Positions 1 through 13,170 of a DNA stretch of 64,000 nt are shown one piece after another; within the stretch, counting starts at the first letter, position 1, and the number at the start of each line of letters is the position of its first letter. A model generated the notes under the pieces. That model was not told where the DNA came from and made no database searches. It was given only the letters and a program-made list of their open reading frames with translations. A program made the translations under genes and the position numbers. Source of the DNA: the human T2T-CHM13v2.0 reference genome, Homo sapiens; assembly GCF_009914755.1 (NCBI RefSeq), contig NC_060925.1; one strand, written 5' to 3'.

Positions 1-444
1 CCTCCGTGTGTTGAATTTATGTCAGAGCCAGGTTCTTTCCTATTTGATGTCTCTCACCAAATTCCAGTGTTTATGTCCTAGGAGGTGTCCAATAAATTCT
101 AGAGTTGATGCAAGCTGTAATTTTAGAGAAATTAAGTTAGCAAGTAGAATTAGATTATATACAATCTAATCAAGTTTTTTTTTTTTTTTTCTGAGGATGA
201 CCAAGATTTGGGCTTCAGTGACAATAGTTGTCCCCTAAATATTTATACTCAGAATCTAGGATCACCAGTACAATGTTGAATAGAGGTGATGAACACACAC
301 ATTCCTTACTTGTCCTAATCTATGTAGTTTAAATATTTACACTTTCACCATTAAATATAATGTTTATATGTCTTGTTGTGGATGCTTTCCATCACTTTGA
401 GAAAATTTCCTTTTCTAGCTTGATGAGAGTTTTTTTTAAATCAG

Positions 445-1062
445 CAATAGATATTTCTCCAAAGAAAATATCCAAATGACCAACAGATACATGAAAAAAT
501 GCTCAGCATCACTAATCATCAGGGAAATACAAATCAAAACCACAAAGAGATATTGCCTCAAACCTGTTAGAATGGTCTTATTAAAAGAAAAAGATAACGA
601 GTGTTAACAATGGGGAGAAATTGGAACACTTCTACAGTGTTTCTGGGAAAGTAAAACTGTGCAGCCCCTATGGAAAACAGTACGGTGGTTCCTCAAAAAA
701 ATTAAGAAACTAGAACTACCATATGATCTAGCAATCCACTTAAGGTTATTTCTCTGAAAGAATTGAGATTGGGATGATTCTCAGGCTCATTGCAGCATTA
801 TTTACACTAATCAAAATGTGGAAATGAGGTTAATGTCTATTAGCAGATGAATAGATAAAGAAAATGTGGTATATTCATACAACGGAATATTATTCAGCTT
901 TAAAACAAGAAAGCCCGGCAATATGCAACATGGATGAACCTAGAGGGCATTAATGCTAAGTAAAGTAAATCAGTCACAGAAGGACAAACTGTATGATTCC
1001 ACTTGTATAAACTATCTAAGATAGCCAAATTCATTAGAATCACAGATTAGAATGGTGATAGC
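445..1062 (+). mobile_element. L1MB-type LINE-1 3' fragment (ORF2 end and 3'UTR)
   Basis: Motifs 'aatagatatttctccaaagaaaatat...atgaaaaaatgctcagcatcactaatcatcagggaaat', 'atatgatctagcaatccact' and 'catggatgaacctagagggcatt...cagtcacagaaggacaaa' match the L1MB 3' end. Confidence 0.8.
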
Positions 1063-2358
1063 TCTTTAAGTTGAAATCAATTTTGCATTCCTGGGTTTTG
1101 TAGTTTTGCTATCAGGATTCTGACACATAAAAAAAGTTTGGAATTTCCCACTTCTTTGTTTCTGAAATAATTTAAAAATTTTATTTTTTTAAACCTTTGA
1201 AAGAATTCACCAGCAAAACTCTTTGGATCTGGAGTTTGCTTATTTTTTTATTTCTTTAGTTTTATGTGCAGGTATTTGACAATTAATTTAATTACTTTAA
1301 TAAATGTCAATTATTTCATATGTTCCATTTAATCTTGTGAATTTTTTTATAAGTTTTTTTCAAGGAATTCACCTTTTCATCCAAGTAATGAAAATTAGTA
1401 TAAAATGTTTCACATTATTCCATTATCTTGTTAATGTCTCTTGTGTCTACAACTGTACAGTCTCATTAATCCATGATATTTATAATTTGTGTTTTCTTTC
1501 TTTCTCACAGAGCTAAGTTTTGGTCATGATGATTTTCTTCTGTTTCTGTTTTTTGTCTCATTGATTTCTAATTTCTGTTTTATTTCTTTTCTTCTACTTG
1601 TTTTGGACTTAATTTGCTCTCTTGTTTTAGATTTTCTTTTTAAGGTAGAAAATTAGTTCACTTGTTTTGAACTTCTCTTTTTTAGAATAAGCATTTATAC
1701 AAAAAATTTACTCTGGGTCTGCTTAACTTTATCCCATACATTTTGATATAGTATATTTTTATTTGTATTCACTTCAATGTATTTAAAGGTGTTTCTTATG
1801 ATTTCTTCCTTGAGCTAAAGGGCATTTTAAGATGTATTTAAATCTTCCAATAGTGTAGACTTTCCTGGGTAGCTTGTTTTTACCCATTTCAACTCATTTT
1901 CATTATGGTCAGAAAGCATACTTTCTATAATTACAGTGTTTTGAAACTTCTTGAGAGATATTTTGTGGTCTATAGCCTATTGATAAATGTTTCATGTGTA
2001 GCATAATAGAACATATATTCTATTGTCTTGGTCAATATCGATTATGTCAAGCTGTTGTCAAAATTATTTTATCTTAATTTTCTTTAGTTATTCTGTCAGC
2101 AATACAGCATTATGTCTTCATAATTACTTGACATTTTGTCATTATGAAATAGCTGTCTGTTGTAATATTGCTTGTTTGGAGGTCTACTTTTTCTTATATT
2201 AATATAGACACATAAGATTGCTTTTGCTTGTTGTTTCCTTGGTATACTTGGAAATTATTTTACTCTCAACTTATCTATACCATAATATTTGGCATGAATC
2301 TCTTATAGGTACTTTTATTATCCAGTTGGACAATCTGTGTTTTATTTGGAGTATTTAA

Positions 2359-2708
<350 letters not shown>

Positions 2709-4764
2709 TATTTTGCTCTTATGTTCTATTTGTTCCATCATTTTTTGCTCCTCTGTTCTTTCTTTCATGCCTTTTTATATTAACTGAACAATATTCAGGG
2801 TTCCATTTTAATTCCTTTATTGGCATTTTAGAAGAATATCTTCATATAATGTGGTGGTTCTCTAGGGATTATAATAAACATCCTGGGCTTATCGCAGTCC
2901 ACTTAGTGTTAATAGTCAGCGTTTTCATGTAACATAAAGAAAAGTTGCGGCAAAATTGTTGCGTTTAGTCTTCTGTCAGAGCTATTAATTTAGAATATTT
3001 TACATACATTATCAATAGTACACTTAATTTTTTATTCAAACCATCAGTTGTTTGTTATAAAACTAAAAGAAAAAAGCCTTAGTTTTTCATGTTTATGCAC
3101 ATGCCATTCCTAGAGCTTCTCCTTGCTTCCTGTAGGTCAGGATTTCCATCTGTTGTTATCTTTCTTTAGCCTAAAAAATTTCCTTTTGCATTTCTTGTAT
3201 CTAAGTCTGCTAATGACAATTGTTCGAAGCTTTCTTTTATCTGAATAAATCTTTCTTTTCTCAAGAATTACTTTTTCTAGTTATAGAATTTGGAGTTGAC
3301 AGTTTTCTTTTATTTTGAAGATGTAGTTTCATTGCTTTTTAAAGTGTCATTTCTGATGACAGGTCATCTGTCTATTTGTTTCCACGTATGTAAATTATTT
3401 TCTCCCTTCCTTTAGCTACTTTCAAGATTTACTCTTTTTTTGCCCAGTGGTTTGACTATGGTATGTCTACATTTGGTTCTCTTTATTTTTATTTTGTTCT
3501 TTGAGTTTCTTAAACCTGTAAATTGATACATGCTGACAATTAGGAAAACTTTTGGTCTTTACGTTTTCAAATAGCTTTTTCTGTCTCATTTTCTTCTCTA
3601 CTCTTTCTAGGAGTCCAATTATATTAGTGCTAGACTGGCCCTATTTTTATTATTTTTCTTCCTTTGTATTAACTGTATTGGGAAATTGTTCTTGATCTGT
3701 TTTTAAGTACACTGATAGTTTTTTCTGCCATCTTTAATTTACTGGTATGTGCATACAATGACATTTTTATATAAGATATTCAGTCTCTCAGTTCTAACAT
3801 TTGTCCTGTTATCTCTTTATCGTTTTTACTTCTCTGTTGGGATTCTCCATATATTCCCTCTTATGACCATCTATTCCTTAAATCCTTGAATATGCTTGCA
3901 ATAGCTTATTTTAAATTTCTTATCTTCTAATCCCAGCATGTGGGCCATTTCACTGTCTTAATCCATTGTTTACTTTTTTTGTTATGCGTCATATTTTCCT
4001 GGTTTTATGTCTAGGCAGGTTAAATTATATGTTAGATTATGTGTATGATATTTTGTAGAGATAGGTTCTTCTATTTTCGTTTGAAGAGTGACTCTTTTCT
4101 AACATTAGTCTTTTTTCTGTAGTCAAACACCAAACTTTCACTCCTGAGCTATATGCAATGGTTGAAATCTCTGCTCTGTGCTAGCAATTTAGCTGTTGTT
4201 TTCTGCTGGATTCTATGGAGTCTCTTTTTATGAATGTGAAATGTAGCAGCCATCATATATCTGAATGAAGTTGAAGTGTGATTTTAGATTTTTACTCTGT
4301 GACATTCTCCTCTGTGACTTTCAGTTGTGTGAGATTTCCTCCCATGTCATTCAAATTTCCCAGTTCTTCTTTTCTGTCAGCCTGGAACTCTGTGCTCTTA
4401 TTCCTCAAGCTAGTAAAACTCACCACTTTACTCGTAGACATCTAATTTTGCACAGACTGGGAAGCGTCATGAGGTGTGAAGTTGCACTGATGCAAATTTA
4501 AATCATTGCAATTTTCTTTATTCAATGGTCAAATACTTCATCAGTGGTTGAATATTCTACTATTTCTGCCTGTTTTCTGTTTCTCATTGCCATCAAATGT
4601 GTATTTAATTTTTTTTACAGTTAATAGTTTTTTTCCCTGCATTTGAGTTAGACCTGAGCTACTACCACATTTTGTAATTCAAACTTTTTGTCTAACAATG
4701 TTTTAAAAAACTCTTTATTTGGAGGGAATTCTCAAATTTCTAAATACTCTACAAACATTAGGAT

Positions 4765-4860
4765 CAGGGCTCACATTCCCAGTTTCCCTTGTAGCCAGAT
4801 GTACATATGGAAAATGGCTTCAGCTAATGAAGCATAACCACATATTTGAAACTCAGAAAA
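4765..4860. mobile_element. Possible MLT1 (MaLR LTR) fragment
   Basis: 'cacattcccagtttcccttgtagccagatgt...cttcagctaatga' resembles an MLT1 LTR motif, but it is short and diverged. Confidence 0.35.
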
Positions 4861-6598
4861 GTGTTAAGAGGAACTGTAGATATCATTTTAGTTGATGCAA
4901 GGATGGAAAAAAATAACCAGCTTTCACTGGTGAACTTTGTCTTCAATCATTGTTTTCCCGTGGGTAAGTGGCTAATTTTCTGGCCTAGAAGTGGAATTGG
5001 TGCGTTGGTAACAATTGATTTGATGATAACCTGCTTTTGTCTTTTTAAAAATTGCTAATCCACCATTGTTTCTGGTCCTGTTTTTTACTTATGCAGTGTA
5101 TAATCTCTCATGCAAAATTTAGTTCTTTGTTTCTCAGCTTAAACTGGATTTTGATGAGCAGTTTTCAACTTCAAATGAAAGAAATGGCTTTGGTTGATGT
5201 TAGACAAAAATAAAAAGATGGAGTTAAAGAAATATGTTTGTCATCTTGTAATATTAAATAAATGAAACTGAAAATTCAACAATTCTGCTTCAAAAAAAAA
5301 TAGAAATTTTCTACTGTTTTTCATTATTTTTGAAGCTATATGATTAAATGAAATTTCTGCCTCATGGAAGATTTTTAGAACTATGTAATAATACCATACA
5401 GACCATTAGGAGAGAAATGAATAAAGACTGAAAGAAGTAAGCATTGTGTGGTAACGTAGATGGCACATAGATGTGTGCATGGAGCCCTAATACATTTTAC
5501 CATGGAATTTATACAATAAATGTTAGTTTCCTGTGAACCTGCTAATTAATATGACTTTCTCAAACATTTCCTTAACCTAAACAGTTTAGGTTTCCTGTAG
5601 ATAGACTGCATGTATTCTCATCTTTAACCTTTCCGTAATCTTCCCTAATTACAGATGTCATTGGTTCTTAATAGCAAAAGAACAGCAGTAGCTTATAAAG
5701 TTATATTATTTGTTTTTTACTAATATGTGAGGTGATTTTGTCTTTCATTTCACCTCTAAAGCTAATTATGTCTTCTAAGTTAACGAAAATTCCAGATCAT
5801 ACCATCATTAGTTTAAACTTTATAATGAATTCATTCTTTCCGTTTATTACTAGCCTGCATTATAGCAATATTTAGCTAATGAATTATCAAAATATTTCTT
5901 GAAAGGTGAAAGAGTACCTCAAGTAAATGGTGTAATTAATTTATTTATCAGAATTTTAAATTAAGTGTTCTGTTTAATCTCAAAGGGGTACCAATGAAGT
6001 TAGGGCATAAGGAGTCCGTGGTTAATAAAATGGCAAGAATTAAAAAAGATTATTACATTTTTTCCTCATACTATGATGGCTATAATTTTTTAAAACAGTA
6101 GAAATGTTTAATTTTTAAAGGCTACTAGTGTCTATTTAATTCAAAGATGTGAGGTCTTCAGTTCAACTTGTTTGAAATTTGAACAGCTTTTTCTTGCTGT
6201 TGTTCAATACAGTTATTAAACAGTCCAGGTAGGCCTCTGGAGTTACATATATGTATGTGGCTATGTGCGTATATATACATAGAAGTAGAAATAGCATATA
6301 ATCAATTTACATAAGACTTGCTTTTGATGAAAATTCTTCTAAAAGTGAATATAAATTAATAGCATATGGAGCCTACAAAAATTGTCTAATAGGGAAGTAG
6401 GAAAATATAATTTGTGAAGAAAAAGTTCGCTAAAACAGACTTTTTATTTTTACATGTAATAACTTTATATTGAAGGGTTTCCAGAAATATAAAATGTTAT
6501 AGGGTACTTCTCCTGAGACACACGAAGGAGACAAGGGATAGAGCTAGGATGGAAGTGAAAATAAAGGACAAATACAGATAGATACTTAAGTGGAAATG

Positions 6599-6842
6599 AA
6601 ACACTGCATGTTCTCACTCATAGGTGGGAATTGAACAATGAGAACACATGGACACAGGAAGGGGAACATCACACACCAGGGCCTGTTGTGGGGTGGGGGA
6701 GGGGGAGGGATAGCATTAGGACATATACCTAATGCTAAATGACGAGTTAATGGGTGCAGCACACCAACATGGCACATATATACATATGTAACTAAACTGC
6801 ACGTTTTGCACCTATGCCCTAAAACTTAAAGTACAAAAAAAA
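6599..6842 (+). mobile_element. L1PA3-like 3' end (5'-truncated, ~245 bp)
   Basis: 'atgttctcactcataggtgggaattgaacaatgag', G-rich tract, 'cctaatgctaaatgacgag', then 'aaaacttaaagta' and an A-tail. No clear TSD. Confidence 0.9.
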
Positions 6843-8759
6843 GTCATCAAACAGGTGGTAATTTTAAAACATGGCTTTTCCAGACAGCAAATTTTCTGAA
6901 TGTATCGCAAAAGAAGATAAATTGTGTGTCTATGTAGGTCATGTCAAAGAAATAAACAATAAAGGTTACTTATTGGAATATTGAAAGTGGTTGATAATAA
7001 ATTAATTATTTATATTTATGGTAAAAGCAATAAACTTGATTTTTAGGGGGTTCAATGACTTCCTGAAAATATTCTCTCACAGATTTTCTAACAGTGTCTA
7101 GTTGGCAAAAGCACAGCTCCAAATAGCTATTTCTGTCAACGTCTACAGAACATTTACAGTTCGATTTCCAAAAGTTTCCATTTCTACTGACCTTACAAAT
7201 TTGTAAAATGAATGCCCACTAGGAAAAAATATTAAGTGATAAAATTAATTGGATCCTACAAGTGAAAATCTAGGCAAGGAAAATCTTCCTTCTTAATGAA
7301 TGATTTTTATGTCTCTTCATTCTTGTCCTTCTAGGTAGAGCAACACTCTGGAGACCTTCTTTTGAGGCATTTCACCACCAGAGTAAGTGTGATGTATGAC
7401 TAATTAGTCCACCCACAGGGAGCTGGTGAAATTAAATTGGAAGTTCTTTCCTAACTGGCATATCTTAGAGTAAAATTCATCTAATAACAGCTTTCATAAG
7501 AGAACATAAGCTTAAAAGACAACATTTTTCATTCAACTTTACCAAACAAAGTGCAAATTTAGGTGTCCAGTTGTGAAGTTTGGTTGTGTGTGGATTGTAC
7601 AGTGAAGGTACCAGTGGACAACAGTTGCTCATCAAGCAAGTTTATACAAAAGCTTTTGGACAAGTCCAGCTCTAGATAAAATTCTAAAGTATTTCATGCT
7701 TGTGTTCAGAGTTTCTTTTTCTCTCTCCAAGGTAACACACATATCAAAAGACATATGGGTTGTGGGTAGAACTTCCTAAAATTGCTGGTGAGAAGTGTGC
7801 CATGCATAAGCATACTTCACTAGCTTGAATTTTCTGTTAGTCTCACAGGAAACAATTACAATCCTGTATGTTTTTCTATCTCCACACACTCCTGAACATA
7901 GAAAGACCAAGTAACATCCCTGGTTAAGATGTGCACAGGTTACAAGACATGTCTAAATATATTCACCAAGAGGTTTATTATTTTCACAATGGCATTCACT
8001 AAATCAGTTGTCAGTGTAGCATTACTCAAGGAATAAGCAGGGTCTTTAATTCATCAAAGGTTGGAGTCCACCCCAAGTTGGATCACTGAAGCATATAACT
8101 ATAGATAAGGTCACTCAAAAGCACAAATCCAGGTAATAAATATTCAGTAGTAGTTTATATGCATTTAGCAATTTGAATGCTGGGAAATGTAGCCCAGAAA
8201 ATCAATCGACATTGAACTATTAAAGAGGCATTCATGGCACCTGCACTTTGAATCTCTTCAGACTCAGGTTAAACAGGAGACACGGTAGCTCACGTATACT
8301 GCAAAAACCCTTCCTCTTTCCTTTTTTATCTATGAACCTGCCCTTTTCAATGTTATCTAGATGCCTGAAGGTATGAATAACCTTGATCTTAGTAGAAAAT
8401 GGTACCACCTATCAGCAAAATCTCACTGATCAGTGTCTATGTTACCTCACTGAGTTAGCCTTTTGTGTTGTTGTGGTCCAGGATGACAATGTTGACAGAA
8501 TCCAAACCAGTAGTTGGAAAGTTAATGTTGGATGCGTCTTTGACAATTGATGGAATGACCTGAAATCAAATGTGAGGCAGTGGAGACACAAGAATGCTAT
8601 TCAGGCAGTGAGTGATCTGTGGAGATACTAAATGAAATATCTGGAAGGAATTGTAATCTTGCAACTATGCTTTTATGTGTTTTTTGACATAAACAGTTTC
8701 TATTTATGGTGAAGCTGCAGTGTCCATTTCCCATGCAGTTCCCATGGTGTTAACTAATA

Positions 8760-9134
8760 CAGTCATATGTCACTTAATGACAGGGGTGTGTCTGAGAAAT
8801 GCATTGCTGGACAATTTTATTAGTGTATGAACATCACAGAGTTTACTTACACAAACCTAGATGCTATAGCTGATTACATTCCTAGGTCAGGTGGTATAGC
8901 TTATTCCTCCTAGGCTACAAACCTGTGCAGCATGTTACTGTACTGAATACTGTAAGCAATTGTAACACAACAGTTAAGTATATCTATACTTATTTGTATC
9001 TATACAGTAAGTGTATCTATACATGTCTAAACATACAAGAGGTACAGTAAAAGTACAGTGTTATGATTTTATTGCACCACTGTCATACATGTGCACTATC
9101 CTTGACCAAAATGTTGTTATGTGATGCATGATTG
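8760..9134 (+). mobile_element. Tigger3a/MER7A non-autonomous TcMar DNA transposon
   Basis: Imperfect terminal inverted repeats CAGTCATATGTCACTTAATGACA / TGTTGTTATGTGATGCATGATTG, flanked by TA (8758-8759, 9135-9136). Internal 'ctaggctacaaacctgtgcagcatgttactgtactgaatactgta'. Confidence 0.88.
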
Positions 9135-9631
9135 TAACAAAAGAATTAATTAAAGATAATATTTAAGTGCCTATTGAGATTTCAATGAAGAAATGAATAT
9201 TTGTAAATTCTGATTACCTTAAGTGGGAATTGACTTTCTTCCTGTTTCCATGGCTGTTCTTGTGAAAGAGCATAGCTTTCCAAAGACCTGAAATCTCTGA
9301 CAAATCTTGCAATTCTCTATTGCCTGCAGTATGAAGGTCACCTGGTATCAAATGAGGCAAAATGGTAGATTATAAAGACCTGTACTTTCTTGTCAGTTCC
9401 TAAACATAGCAAGCATTGGTGTATCTTGAACATTTCTGCAGTTATAAACTAGCCTTGGGTCATGATTTTCTGCCTTTTTATCATAAACAAGATTTAATTT
9501 ACGAGATGTCCTTTTAATGTGTAATGTGAATAGTAAGTGCCACTTATGAAGCCCTATTTTCTTCCAGCCATTTTAATTGTCAAATCTGTCCAGTCAAGAT
9601 GCATTGTTAGAGGCTTCACTGACAACACGTC

Positions 9632-9635
9632 TGTG

Positions 9636-9670
<35 letters not shown>

Positions 9671-9678
9671 GTGTTTGT
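9632..9678. repeat. (TG)n microsatellite
   Basis: About 22 TG units with minor interruptions. Confidence 0.95.
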
Positions 9679-10091
9679 ATATACATACATATGATTGAGC
9701 AGGATTTAATGTAAGTCAAAACAGTCTCAAATTTCTTAGGACAATACAGCTTCCTTGGCCATTCCCTTGGAGCTCTGAATTGAGGAGCTGGTGATGTGTA
9801 TTTCTTTTGCATGTTCTCCACATTATCCCTATGCAGGCCTTCCATGGGCTTGGTTTTTGAACCAGTGATGAGGAAGATCATTAGAATTGTTTTGCTCAAA
9901 AAGATTCCTCCATTCTTCTGTATAAGCAATGGCAATTTTCCCAGGCCAATATTTCTTCTTTTGAAATGGTAAATTTTGAATATTAACTGGTTAGTATAAT
10001 CCCATAAAATAACAAAGTTTGAGCCCTATGAACTGTGTTTTAGGACAAAGTTGTGTTTTATGCTAAATCATCATTTACTCCTTGTATGATC

Positions 10092-10263
10092 TTTTTTTTT
10101 TTTTTGAGACAGAGTCTCGCACTGTCACTCAGGCTGGAGTGCAGTGGCACAATTTTGGCTTACTGCAAGCTCCGCCTCCCAGGTGCACACCATTCTCCTG
10201 CTTCAGCCTCCTGAGTAGTTGGGACTACAGGTGCCCACCACCACACCCGGCTAATTGTTTTTT
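10092..10263 (-). mobile_element. AluY-like right arm only (5'-truncated)
   Basis: Poly-T, then 'gagacagagtctcgc...gcaagctccgcctcc...cattctcctgc...cccggctaatt'; ends at the mid A-rich linker. Confidence 0.9.
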
Positions 10264-11059
10264 AAGATTAAGGGTGAAATCAAAGCTGCTCCCCTATATT
10301 ACATTCATAAATCAGAATGATTAAAGCAAGCTATTTATTTATTAGAAACACATACTCCAAATTAAGCATCTAAGACATGACAGCCTTTCAAGAGACATCA
10401 ATTTACTTTTTAGGGTCTATAGCTATATTTGTATTCATGTTATTGGTGTCCATAATATTTCATTAGATGTTCTGGGTAAATTGATAAATGAAAATAATGT
10501 ATGTGATAAGGAGAACAACCTAGGCCTCCTGGAGGGCCCCTTACAACTCAGCTGGTGTTGGCAGAAATGCCTGGGTGTAACAGTGAGAAACAACCTTTCA
10601 AAAGTTTTGAGCAATTTTTCAGGCAGAGGAATATGTATACCAATCCAGGCAGCAAGATAAGTGGAGGTCAGTTAAAAGATCAGTGTGTGATTACATTTCA
10701 TTTTTAGGTTTCTACTGAGAGGAAATATGACACTCAGTTATTATTTTCTCCGCATACCTCTGGTTATTTTGTCACAACCTTTTATGTAAGCTACTACCAA
10801 ACACTGGGTTATCCAAGATCTATGGGTCGTATTCAATATTTCCTTTTCCCTCAACTATTAACACGTTTGATTCCCTTTGGAACTTTCTCCCCTATTTCTC
10901 CTTTCAACCTATTTTCTCCAACCACACTGAGTTAATAAGCCTCTTATATACTCTCATACCCTGTTTTATCTAAAGAGCTTTCCTTTTTCTACTATTATAC
11001 CCACCTCATTCCCTAATTTATTTCTTCTTATTTCTCTCTCTATTTTTCATTCTTTTAGG

Positions 11060-11280
11060 CACAGCTCATGTCTCATGACTTTCAATAAGTTTTTCTTCTG
11101 ATATTCCCAGCTCGAATTAGGTACATCCCAATCAGTTTCCTTAGACTTACAACTCTGCATATTATTGGCTTGCAATCTGTCTTAGGCTGGGAATTAGCTC
11201 CTTGTAGGCAGGGGCTAGAATTTATTTCCTCTTATGTCCATAATGCCTGACACAGGAACTATTCTCACATACAAATTGTA
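11060..11280 (+). mobile_element. L2 3' fragment
   Basis: 'agctccttgtaggcagggg...atgcctgacacag' resembles the L2 3' end. Confidence 0.45.
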
Positions 11281-11899
11281 GGGCCATAATGCCTGAGAAC
11301 ATATATATATTGTAGTGACTCATAAAGGCTTGAAATAAATTTTTAAAATGATTAATTGGGAAGTCCATGAACTTGACATCTTGATGTAGAAGAAAAGCAA
11401 GGGCAGATGAAGAAGTTATACAGGATACTTGAAATACCAGAAGAATATAATCAGGGAGCAATAAATTAATCCTAGATTTTTAGATGTGAAGAAGTTCTGA
11501 GAAATATTTGAAGACATGGCTCTAGGGATGAGTACATAACAGAGACCATTAGCCAGAGTCAGAGCTTTTCAGAGTGAAGAAATTGCTTTGCAGGGGGAAG
11601 GACTGTTGTATACTAAATAGAATTTGTCATTAAATGGAAGACTAAACAAGAGGCTGATGATCTGTGGATGAGAGACGCAAAAAGGTGTGGAGATAGAGGT
11701 AAATGCCATAATCTACAAAGAAGATATTTTTGAACCAGAAAGAAATAATAGGTCTAGAAAGTAATAAAAGATAAATAGTTAACTACATTGAAATGTGGTC
11801 TGAGAACTCACTGAAGGCATAGCCATTGATATTAACTTCCACTTTGCTTCCAGACAAAATATTTTAAATATCTTAAAAATTGCATTTGATATTATATGA

Positions 11900-12112
11900 T
11901 TCATCAACATAGAAAGTAAAGCTGTAGTTGCCCTGGGAGGGCAGGGAATGGGGAGTCACTTTTTAATGGGTGACAAAAGACAAAAATAATTATGGAGATG
12001 GGTGGTGGTGATGCTTGCACAACATTGTGAATACATTTAATGACACTGAATTGTATACTTAACAGTAGTTAAGATGCAAATTGTTGAGTGTGTTTTGCCA
12101 CTATTAAAAAAT
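11900..12112 (+). mobile_element. L1MB-type 3'UTR fragment
   Basis: 'atggagatgggtggtggtgatgcttgcacaacattgtgaatacatttaatgacactgaattgtatactt' followed by an A-rich end. Confidence 0.8.
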
Positions 12113-12734
12113 GGAAAACAATAGTATTTGAAGATATGGCCGATTTCATCTGGTAGCTAGTTGTATGTGTCTGCTCAGCTGTGGATAGATATTTATGCTC
12201 TTTCTGAACTGGAGGTTACTGGTATTCTCTAAGGTATAGGAAAATTGATCTTATGTGGCTAACTGAGGTGGATATAGTTGTATCAGTCGGACAGTAATGA
12301 TATAATCATGATAGTTTACATTTAACACAATTTACATGTGTTATACTTTAGAAAGCACTTCATAGATATTATTACTTCATACCATTTTCCCCTTACCATA
12401 TTTGTCGCTCCTTTCTCTGTTGACTTCAGAAAATGTCTCTTCCACACTACTCAATTCATCTCCTTATTTTGTCGAAATTTTAAGTCTCAGAGTCTCCAAA
12501 AAAAAAACTCCAGACAAGTCTCATTAGCTTTAGGTCATTGATTAATCGATGCCCTTAGAGGCTTTCCCTTCCCCTTCTCAATTTAACATAGCTTCCAAAT
12601 ACACTTGCCAGTAAAACAAAGTTGTTTATATGGTTTTGTATTTCTTCCTGTTGAATTATGAACATTTTTTTTCATATTGACATTGATTTCCATCTGGCCA
12701 TGAAATACTCAAGGTGAAGAAAATGAAACAAAAT

Positions 12735-12960
12735 TGTTAGTATTTATCAAGAGCCAGGTACTGTTTTCAGTGTCCTAGAAGCATAAACTAGTGTAATGCT
12801 CACCTCTCATATGAGAGGCAATAATGGATGAAACTATAAGACCAAGACACAGAGAGTTAAGGGAAATTTCCCAAGATCACACAGCCACTGAGGATATGAA
12901 CCAGATTTTGACTTCAGGCTATTTACCCCAGAACCTGTGCTTTCAGCCGTCATTTGTACT
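12735..12960 (-). mobile_element. MIR
   Basis: 'gccaggtactgtt...acacagagagttaagggaaatttcccaagatcacacagc...cagaacctgtgctt' is the antisense MIR core. Confidence 0.7.
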
Positions 12961-13019
12961 GCTTCCCTAAATTACACTTGAGTACACTGTGACGTAAAAT
13001 TTCACCCAGGACACTGATT

Positions 13020-13170
13020 ATCTGGGGAACTTTGCAACTTATTCTGAATATGACTCAGTTTTCTTTTCTGTACAGAGATAAAGTCAGTATATACTCCATA
13101 GATTCGTTATAAGTATTATATGAAATGACACATGAGAAGGCTTTAAAAGGACTTGGAAAGCAATAAGCTT
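13020..13170 (+). mobile_element. MIR fragment
   Basis: 'tgactcagttttcttttctgtacagagataa...atagattcgttataagtattatatgaaatga' resembles the sense MIR core. Confidence 0.55.

Noticed and set aside
12735-13170. Oppositely oriented MIR pair as a possible hairpin
   Set aside because: The copies are too diverged to give a convincing stem.
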